Shown: positions 9,782-19,200 of the stretch, piece by piece
How positions within the stretch are numbered: position 1 is the first letter of the stretch
Layout: each line of letters opens with the position of its first letter
IMG/VR virus record: IMGVR_UViG_3300020392_000018
Coordinates: 1-57,767 of that record
Origin: a virus
Taxonomy: Duplodnaviria > Caudoviricetes
Reading direction: 5' to 3' (one strand)
DNA: 57,767 bases
Position numbers and translations under genes: made by a program
Notes under the pieces: model-generated
What the model saw: the letters and a program-made list of their open reading frames with translations, nothing else
Told to the model about the DNA's origin: nothing
Databases searched by the model: none

Positions 9782-9933
9782 GTTTGAAACAAAAATGTCC
9801 TTATTGTAAGGATAAAACGCTAGCAAAGAGAATCTTAGGATTCTATGTTGGCTCTAGCGAACAAGTAAAACTTTGGGAATGTCGTTCTTGTAAAGGCGTG
9901 TGGTCGGTAGGCACAAAAATAGAGGGAGAGTAG
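9778..9933 (+). CDS. TFS/TFIIS-like zinc-ribbon protein (51 aa, not in track)
   Basis: CPYC-x24-CRSC-KGVW; ATGA overlap. Confidence 0.65.
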   Translation: MSLKQKCPYCKDKTLAKRILGFYVGSSEQVKLWECRSCKGVWSVGTKIEGE

Positions 9934-9964
9934 TTTAGGCTACTCTCCTTCTAAATTTTTTTTT
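9921..9964 (+). terminator. Hairpin plus T-tract terminator closing the + strand module
   Basis: AGAGGGAGAGTAG-tttagg-CTACTCTCCTTCT (13 bp, one G-U) followed by aaa and a T run. Confidence 0.75.
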
Positions 9965-10141
9965 GGTCTTTTTTTCAAAAATTTTCTAAAAAAGCAAAAA
10001 AAAATTTTCTGAATAGGCGAAAGTTATTCGTCGTTTGAATTTAAAATAATAAAACCTAATGGTTTATCTTCAACGAATAATGCGCTAATGGTTAAATAAC
10101 CAATAGCGAAACTAAGACAGAACAAGAAAATTAAAAACATT

Positions 10142-10651
10142 TTAATAAAAAGTTATATTTTTTAAATCATAATCAATTAATCGTGTTCCTATTTTACCAC
10201 AAAATGTTCCATATTTATTTTTCATAGCATTAAGATGAGCAGTAAAAGATAAAGGATTTTCGCCATACCAAACATCAAACCATCCAATATCCCAATATGA
10301 ATCAACAGGAATATTCCATGTTTCTATGTCTGCTTTTATTAAAGTAAATCTATCATCTCTCGCACAGTAAGGCCAAACTAAATCTATTACATCTTGTGAA
10401 TTTTCTATGATTGTAATAGAATTAAAATTATGATTATCAATTAATTCTTTATTTAGAAAACCTATTCCTAAACCCGCTACTAATATATCTCCTGTCGCAT
10501 TATGCCAAAGCCATTCATGGCACATATATTCATAAGAACTATCTCTCATAACAGATGGCTGAAAAGTATTTTTAAACAAAGAACATTCTCCATTAATTGT
10601 TTCTATTTTCCAATCGCCTATTTCATTTTCTGGTATATTTATTCCTAACAT
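10142..10651 (-). CDS. SAM-dependent methyltransferase-like (spermidine-synthase-like fold)
   Basis: DILVAGLGIG motif I, TIIE, IKADI, DIGWFDVW. Confidence 0.75.
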   Translation of the reverse strand: MLGINIPENEIGDWKIETINGECSLFKNTFQPSVMRDSSYEYMCHEWLWHNATGDILVAGLGIGFLNKELIDNHNFNSITIIENSQDVIDLVWPYCARDDRFTLIKADIETWNIPVDSYWDIGWFDVWYGENPLSFTAHLNAMKNKYGTFCGKIGTRLIDYDLKNITFY

Positions 10652-10660
10652 TTTATCGCC

Positions 10661-11515
10661 TCATGCTAATGTTAATACAACTCGATGAGTTGTTTTTTCT
10701 AACTGTCCTGCGGTATTATTAATGCTAACTTGATATTCAACCGTATAGGTTTGTCCTGCCGTTGGGTTTTGTCCTAACTTTGCCCTAACATCAATAACAT
10801 TTGCCATTATAAGTGTTTGAGTTTGCCCGTTAGGAGGGGGATTAAATTGGCTATATCCGGTTAATAAACCTGTTCCTAAAATTCCAAAATCGCCTGATGT
10901 TCCTTGAAATACTGAATTTTCAGCAAAAGGATAAGTCGTGCTTATAGCCAAAGAATTTACTAAAGGATAATTTGCGGCAATAGTTATTTCAGGGGGAACA
11001 AATGTAATAATTCCGGTCATGTTAGTTGAAGCCGAAACTAATCTAAAAAAGTTTATATTTGAAACTCCATTAGGAGTTTGTAGAAATGTGCCTATATTAA
11101 AAAATATCTGTTCATTTCTCGTTTTGCCTGTAAATGGGTCAGTAATAGCCGCATTAAAGGCAGAATCTAAAAAAGCAATCCAAGTAGCAGTAGGTATAGT
11201 ATAATCACTTTGAACTTCGTCAGCCGCTATTTGTGTAACAGTTGGAGAACTTAATCCTGTTATACTTGTTCCTGTCATAGATATAGTAGGAAAAGGCTGA
11301 CTGCCTACACCAAAACCAAGAAACCCCGCATTTCTAAATATATTAGGAACAATTCCTGCATTTGCTCCACTTACCGCACTATCGGAAAAATAGACTTGAT
11401 TTAATGTAACTCCCCCCGCAGGAGGCGTTCCTCCACCACCTGCATTAGCCTTATCTTCAGCACAAGCCCCTGCAACAGCAAGATAAATGATAATCACACT
11501 CCTAATGCAATCCAA
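10661..11515 (-). CDS. Putative tail fibre-associated/receptor-binding protein
   Basis: G/T/S/N-rich beta-type composition, next to fibre gene; true start probably near 11497. Confidence 0.5.
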   Translation of the reverse strand: MDCIRSVIIIYLAVAGACAEDKANAGGGGTPPAGGVTLNQVYFSDSAVSGANAGIVPNIFRNAGFLGFGVGSQPFPTISMTGTSITGLSSPTVTQIAADEVQSDYTIPTATWIAFLDSAFNAAITDPFTGKTRNEQIFFNIGTFLQTPNGVSNINFFRLVSASTNMTGIITFVPPEITIAANYPLVNSLAISTTYPFAENSVFQGTSGDFGILGTGLLTGYSQFNPPPNGQTQTLIMANVIDVRAKLGQNPTAGQTYTVEYQVSINNTAGQLEKTTHRVVLTLA

Positions 11516-12894
11516 TTATTACTGCCAATAGCAATACAAGTTACACCATTAAATGTTCCAACGGTAATATCGGAAGCCGCATTGTTGATATTATTACCAT
11601 TTCTAGCAACGGTAATATTACCACCTGTTGTATTTAGAATAGTAAAATGCAATCCTGTAGCGGAGGTAGAAGGTAGCGTTACATTTCCTGCACAAATCAA
11701 ATATTTTCCTGCGTGAGTTGCTTCTGTTAAAGTAGTGCTTGCACTTACAGAAACCGTCGCTAATCTACGGCTTGTGAATGTTTCACAGACAAGTGATTGA
11801 CCACTATCAACTGCGACATTTCCTGTAAATATTCCACCTGCTAATGGCATAGCCCCAATATCCGATAATGTTTGAGCCGCAGTTCTACCTTCTATTTGTG
11901 TTCCATCTACTCTTAAGAAATCATCATCCGCTAAGTTAGCATTAGCCTGTAATATGTTATTGTTTGCTATGCCGAATGTTCCTGTCAATGCTCCTATATC
12001 CGACGCTAATTCGCTTGCGCTTCTACCTTCTATCTGTGTGCCGTCAACTCTCAAGAAGTCGTTATCAACTACATTTGCATTGGCTCTTAATATGTTATTA
12101 TTACCGATACCAAAAGCCGCACCACTTAACAATGCTAATTCAGTAGAAGTCACTGAACTTGCTGTAATATTTTTACTAGAATCTGTTACTAACGCCCTAC
12201 TAGCAGTAAGGTCTGTAGTTAATGTTCCATCCCCAGTTACAGCAAATTGTAGTTGGTCTGCGCTATCTGTAACTTGAAAAGCGTTAGAAGAACCAGTGCC
12301 GTTAAGTTTTAGCACCACTTGATTTTCTTCGGATAAAAGCGTTGTCTTCCCACTACCTCCTGTAATAGACATTGTTTGGTCATAGCCCGAATTATTGTAG
12401 CCAATGCTTAGGGCATTGGATGTCTTGTCAGTCGTTAAATATTGAACAGTCATACTACCGAATCCTGTAGTATAAGTTATTACCGCAATTATTACATCAT
12501 TACCATCTGCATAGTCCGGTATTCTGTTTGCTGTATTAGAACCATGAGGAATAATTTTCAATCTATTTGCTTGTGCTTCTGCAACATCAGCAACTAATAA
12601 ATGACTAACATTGGCAGGACTAGTAGTAAAAAGAGAAGCATCGAAGTTCTTAGCGTCACATGGAAAAAGATTTCCATTAGCAAAAACAAAACCGCTAGTT
12701 ACTTGAATTACATTTCCACTACCTGCTTGAGTTATATTAAATCCATTAGTAGTCTTTACTGCATAATTCCCTCGCATTCCCAATGATAGCGATTTGATTA
12801 AACCACTATGAGGAAAATCTACTGCATCTGTTATGTGGCCTAGTGTTCCACTTGTTCCGGCTGTGCTAAATCTATTCGGGTTTGTTAATGTCAT
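11494..12894 (-). CDS. Tail fibre protein with internal tandem repeat
   Basis: Two ~45-aa repeats (FGI.NNNIL.ANAN..D.DFLRVDGTQIEGR); C-terminal VTLP...G.....W fibre-tip pattern. Confidence 0.75.
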   Translation of the reverse strand: MTLTNPNRFSTAGTSGTLGHITDAVDFPHSGLIKSLSLGMRGNYAVKTTNGFNITQAGSGNVIQVTSGFVFANGNLFPCDAKNFDASLFTTSPANVSHLLVADVAEAQANRLKIIPHGSNTANRIPDYADGNDVIIAVITYTTGFGSMTVQYLTTDKTSNALSIGYNNSGYDQTMSITGGSGKTTLLSEENQVVLKLNGTGSSNAFQVTDSADQLQFAVTGDGTLTTDLTASRALVTDSSKNITASSVTSTELALLSGAAFGIGNNNILRANANVVDNDFLRVDGTQIEGRSASELASDIGALTGTFGIANNNILQANANLADDDFLRVDGTQIEGRTAAQTLSDIGAMPLAGGIFTGNVAVDSGQSLVCETFTSRRLATVSVSASTTLTEATHAGKYLICAGNVTLPSTSATGLHFTILNTTGGNITVARNGNNINNAASDITVGTFNGVTCIAIGSNNWIALGV

Positions 12895-12895
12895 T

Positions 12896-13240
12896 TTATT
12901 CTACCTCTAAAAATATAAAAAATTCTATTGTATCATTTGAAGAGAATGGCCCAATTCCATCAAAATTTTCTCTAAACAACATATTAGAACTTGCGTCAAA
13001 AACTCCAACTTCTCTAAGGACTTGCCCCGTCATGGCCGCAGTTGCGCCACTAACTGTTAGTTTTATTTGAACAACATTGGCATCGGATTGGGTAGCCGTA
13101 GCGGTAGCGGTCGCTACAAGAGGAACATCTAAATCTGTTTGAGAAGAAAAGGTAGAGTTTCCACCTAAGCCAACCTTACCGTTATTTACTAGGCTGACCA
13201 AATGCGTAGCCAACAAATTCTGCATTTTTTCAGTTATCAA
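12896..13240 (-). CDS. Tail collar/fibre-attachment-like protein
   Basis: LREVGVFDASSNMLFR motif; position next to fibre. Confidence 0.55.
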   Translation of the reverse strand: MITEKMQNLLATHLVSLVNNGKVGLGGNSTFSSQTDLDVPLVATATATATQSDANVVQIKLTVSGATAAMTGQVLREVGVFDASSNMLFRENFDGIGPFSSNDTIEFFIFLEVE

Positions 13241-16200
13241 AATTCTTCCTCCAATAATGTAGTAAAAGTGGTCACTCCTATATTCAGTGCATTGGTATTT
13301 GTATTTAGCGTTTCCGAATCTGTCGAGTTAGTTCCCAATGTAAATGCTCCGGCAGGGGTTGATTTTTTCTGTATTTTAAACTTGATAGGTTTTACATTAA
13401 TTTCTTCTATAAAATCAAAAATATTTTGATTATCATTAAATGAGTCTTCTCTTATTTTATTATTTACATTTCTATTTTCTATCGCTAGTTCAGCAAATCT
13501 ATCTTCTAATCCTTTGGTATAACTTCCTAACTCCAAGTCCATAGTTCCTCTAAGGTTATGTTGTATTTCTAAAACAATGAACTCGCTTTTAGGTATGTTT
13601 TCTTCGGGTATTTCTACCGTAATAATATCACCAACTCTAAGTTGAGAAACTCCTTTATGCCCTACATTTATCTTTAATCCAAAGCCTTCATCGTTGTGTA
13701 TTCTAAGAAGTTCGGTTGCCCTTTTATCAACATCTTCTTGAGTAATTAATTCATTTTCAAATACTTGTAAAGTTTTCCTGCCTTTCTTTTCTATGCTTCT
13801 AAGTTCTTTTCGTATTGCTCTATGGGTTCTACCAAATACTATAATTTCATTAAATAAATCGAATTGGCTTTTTTCTCTACTGTAAGAGTAAATCCTAGTG
13901 TCTGTATTTGCTGTGGTAAAAAGTATGTTAGGGAAGAAGTTAGAACTCGCAGATTCTTCAACTGTAAATTGTTCATTATTTTCTATTAAAATTTTGTCTT
14001 TTTTATTCATTAAGAATTTTATTGCAGAAAATAAATCCACTCCTCTATAATTAGGAGCAACAAAGTAAGGATAGGTTGATTCAGTTAAATTAAATTCAAC
14101 ATCATTTTCCTCTAGTATTTCATTGATTAGTTTATCAGCATCTTGACAAACGGAAACAGCAGAACCTATTATTGCTCTTTTTGCATTTATGCTATCATTA
14201 GTCCCCACTAAAACATCCATAGTCTCGGAAACAGAAACTATACCTAATAATTCTTTTTGATTTTCAAGGGTCATTTCAAAACCAATTTCATTACCCGCAT
14301 CAGTGAAATCTACTGTTGTAAAGTTATTGTTATCCCCATCACTAAAGTTCATCTGCAACTTACCTTCTGTCATTATATTATCTTTCATATTGACAGGATT
14401 TGTAATCACTATGTTATTTTCACTAGTTTGTCCATCTACATCTACTGCTACATACATGGAAAGAACCCCCTCATTGTTTCCTTCATCATTCCTACTGCCT
14501 AATTTATCTCCGTAAATGAAATTATTTATTGTAGTATAAGTTAAATTATCTTTAGGTTTTTTTGTATATTGTGAAGATAGTTGATTTAATCTAATTTTTT
14601 TAGGACTAAAATCATAAAAACAAGTATGGTTAGGTTGCATTATCCTAAATGTTTTCAATCTACTTGGGTCTAAAGCAGACGATTTTTCTGAAGGGAAATT
14701 ACCACTTACTGTTAATATATGAGTTCTGTCTCTTCTTGTCGTGTCTATTTCATGTGATATAACATAGAGAATATACTTAGGAGTTCCTAAATCAATAGAT
14801 GCGTTGTGTGAAAGCACATTATCTATTGACCTGCTTCCCCCCTTATTTGCTGTTTCGTAGTCTTCTACCCCTCCATCTCCATCATCAACCTTAACTTCTT
14901 CCGATACCAAATAACATCCTGTTAAGTCTACATGGCTTAACCAAAGAGGATTATCTGCTCTAATGTGGGTTTCACTAGTATTATTGCTACCTGCGTTGGT
15001 GGTTAAAAAATAATCAGTGAATGCTAATACCGTGACATCGGTTCCATTAGTTGCTTTTTTAGTCCCTACTTTATTTCTACTAAATGTAGTATCTGCTGTT
15101 CCCGATATTGTAGCATTGTTAGACATAGTAACAGTATCGGGCGTTGGGAATGTGCTGATTTCATGTGTTCTGGTAAAGAAAGGAACATTAGGGCTATCTA
15201 CATACAAATAAACTTCACTACCCCCTCCTAATGAAGTAAACTCTTCGTCATCATGAATTCGATTATCTGTGTCTTCTAATCTAGCGGCTGTTGCCGTTAC
15301 AGTATTGAAGACGCAAGGCGTTTTAAAACCTACATCAATTCTTAATGTCGGCTTGAATCCACCAAACACACCATCTGCATCATCATCATATTCTTTATCT
15401 GTATTAAAATCAGTAGGCGTTCCCGACGCAGGTCTTCCTCCATTGAATCTGTCTGTGCTAAGTGTTTTAGTGGCGAAACCTATTTGGTCGCCAATTACAC
15501 TTCCTTCAGTATCTCTAGTTCTAGTTACTGTAGATAATCCATATCTAATTTCTTGCTTAATACTACCATCTATGTTTAGGTTTCTAGCAGAACCAATTTT
15601 AGTAGCGGCCATGCCAATATCTACTTTAGCCCCATTGCCTCCGGTTATTCCCCACCTGTCTAAAAATACAGGAATAAAACCTTGATATTTTCTAACAGTC
15701 GCTTTATGAACCATATTTTGAAAATTTGACGCATTATGTTTAGTTACTCCAAATGCGCTTTGCGTAGACTGCGGAGTTGATAAAGTATTAGCCAACTCCG
15801 ACATCATTGGAAATGGTGAAAAGTTAGTCATTGACGCTAAACTAGTAGTGCCTGTAAATTTACTAAATTCTGCTAGCCAAGAAAAGTAAGAAAATCTTTC
15901 ACTTGTTAATACCATAGGCAATATAATACTATTATCTTGAGCAAAATTAGTCACTGACCCTCCCATAGCATTTACTCCAACTCTATCGCTAAATGAAGTA
16001 TCGCAGAAATTTGCACTGTTTCCACCATAGCCACTATCATTATTTCCTCTTGCCGCACCAGTTCCCGTTCCTTGACCTTGCGGAGTAAATGCCGAAACAT
16101 AGTTATTAGGAAAACCACCCCCATCACTCGCTAATCCTCGCATCGTTACAAATTGCATTGGGTTAATATCACCATCACCTTGAATGAAATCATTTTGAGT

Positions 16201-19200
16201 ATTATATCCCGAAATATTAGCAGTTCCTTGTTTATTTCTAAAGGTTAAATTTGTTGGGTTTTGAGAAGAATTCGAGTTAAACAATAATTCAAATTGATTG
16301 CTAGCAAAGTCTATGCTTGCTACTCTATCAGTAAAAGTCGTTTGAACTCCACTTCCTGTAACTGTCATTCCAACATGAATTTTATCCATATTACCTGCAA
16401 CAAGAACAGTAACGGTCTTACTTCCATTTACAGTTTGACATGCTATTACTTGTTCGAGTGCTTGGTTGGTAGTTGCATGTTTTATCACACAAATATACAT
16501 AATCGCTCCATTAGGCGCACTACCATCCTGTCTAGGAACAGTAGGCTGATAGTGAGCAACAGCGTTTGTTGCACCACTTATTATTGTTCTATGTGGTTTA
16601 TCTATTAATGTTATACTATTACTTGATGTGCTTGCTACTACTCCAATAAATCTACCTGCCCTGTCTACAATTATATCTTCGGGTTGAACTGTAGTGGTGG
16701 GGTTTGCGGCAACGGTTAGCACTTTTCCACTAACATTTGTAACATGCATGTTTAGCGAAGTAATGGTATGTTGTGGATATAGATTAATAGAGCCTATATT
16801 TTTAGTGCTTTCCGGTATATTTTCGGGGTCAAATTGATTATAGAAACAATCGAAAACTAACTCGGTTAATCTCATAATACTAAATCTTCTTAGTTTATTT
16901 ATCTCTTTATTATCAAAAGCAGAAAGAATATTATGTTGTCTATAAGAATCATCTAAAGCACTAATAGTATTAGTTATTCCTTTAGAACCTTCTTTCAATT
17001 CCGAATGATTTGTAATATTTAATTCACCTACAGTCAATAAAGAGTAGTTCACTATATTTCTATCTTTAGTTCTATTCAGTAGGCTATCCTTTCTTGTGGA
17101 AGAATAAGGCAATAAATCACTATTACTAAACAAAAACATTCTAGCAATTTTAGGGTCTATTTGTTCAAACTTATCTCTATATTGGTGAGAGTTTAAGTGC
17201 TTAACTTTATTGTTATTTGTTGGCCTTAAGTTAGGATATGAAGATGGGCCATATGTAGCCAATTTAGTATGAGCGTGGGGTGTATAGAATATTTTAGGTT
17301 TACCTCCCTGTCTAAATTGTGTTAATTCAAATGGGTTTGAGTGAAACTGCTCTAATGTTGTTGGTTCAAAAAATCTATCTCCGATGCTAGGTAAAAATCC
17401 TCTTGATTCTAATATTCTTTTATTGTCAAAAGAAAAGAAACTTGCCGTTATTGATGTATTAGAAGCGGTTGCGTTTACTGCCGTTCCTTCTAGTGTAACA
17501 AGTTTGGCCTGTAATACAAGGTCGCCCGAAGCACCGTCACCAACTGTAGCACCAATAAATGTATTATCGGGTATTCCTGTGCCTGTTATTTTTTGACCCA
17601 CTTTAAATACATTATGAAAGAAACTATTTGTGCTTCCCGAAATGAATGCTTCTACTGTTATATCTATTACAGAATTACCGCTAACGGTTTCTATTCTACC
17701 TTCTCCTATGAAGTTTCTTTGACATATATCTGTCCCTATTATATTATCTTGACGAATACCATCAACATATTGTCCCGCATTATATCTATATGCACTAGCA
17801 TAATATTTTATTTTACTAGTTTGGTCTTCATACATTGTAGAATTATCGAATAAAAGTTGTTTTGATTTGTTAAAATTACCTTTCTCTAAATTAATCAATC
17901 TATAATTAGAAGAACCAAATTGGGATTGATAACTCCCTAATCTATCAACTCTAGCACTAGTTGAAAGTCCATGCGCCCTAGTTCCGCTTTGATACATCAC
18001 GGGATGCTCGGCTTCCAGTTTAAAATCTAAGACACTAGTAATGTTATTTACATTTAGTTGATTGACCTGTGGATGTAACAATGCAATGTTTTTTCCTCCA
18101 TGTAAGTGACCACCATTTAATAAATTCAGTTCATGCGTAAACTTAGTAGTTTCTCTCACATCGTCTTGATTATGATGTCCTTCTAATCTATCTATTGGCA
18201 TTCCACTTTGGAAAGAAGCGGTGAATGCAGTTGTTATATTGATAGTAAGTTCCGCATTGTTGTCTAAAGTGATAGACCTTTCTTCTTTGTTTATGCTTTC
18301 AATTAAGTAAGTAGTTCCAACTGCTAAACCTGTGCCTACCACTTTCATGCCAACAAATAACTTTTCAGTATCTACATTTTTTATTACAGGAGAACCTGCA
18401 ACTATTGATGCTCTTATGAAAGTATGAACACCAACTTCTCGGTCTAATATTATTCTACATTGATTACTAGCCAATGAAAATTCAGTAGGGATATTTAAAT
18501 GACCGCTAGGGTCAGTATTATCGGCATCATTGCTCATTTCAACGCTATCGCTCCCTACGACAGTTATAGTGGTGGATGAAGGAATGTTAGAATGAGTTGT
18601 ATCATCTATTACCATACCCACTGATAATTTACTTGTATTTACGGTTAATGTAGCGTCACCATCTGCCGTTGATGCACTTATTGTAATATTAATATCCTTT
18701 TCAACTTGTAATATGTTTGCCAAAAACTTACCATTAACAAACAAAGGCTTACCGTGTAAATTCTTTTCTCCTCTAATATTATTAAAAGAAGATAGAGCAG
18801 TATCACTATCTACTTCTATAAATCTTCTAGCAATAGTCATATTATGTGTTAATTTACCAACCAAAGTAAAATCAGTATCTTGAGTGTTAGCATAATTAAT
18901 ATCAACTCTACCTAGAGTTAATGGATTATATGGAGCGATAGTTACAATAGTTCCTTTATTTTCACCTGCGGATTTGGTATTAACTATTTCAAAATCAATA
19001 AGAGTATTTACAGTATCAAAGGTTGCTTTATTAGAAAAAGTTAAACTTACTCCGGTTGCACTTCCTGTTGCGTTTGCGCTCAACTCTAAAGTGTTACTAT
19101 TCGTGATGCTACTGACTGTTGTTCCTGTTGGTATATTAGTTCCCAAAACTTCCATCCCTGCAAACAAATTAACAGTTGATGATAGGGCTGTTATTGTCGC

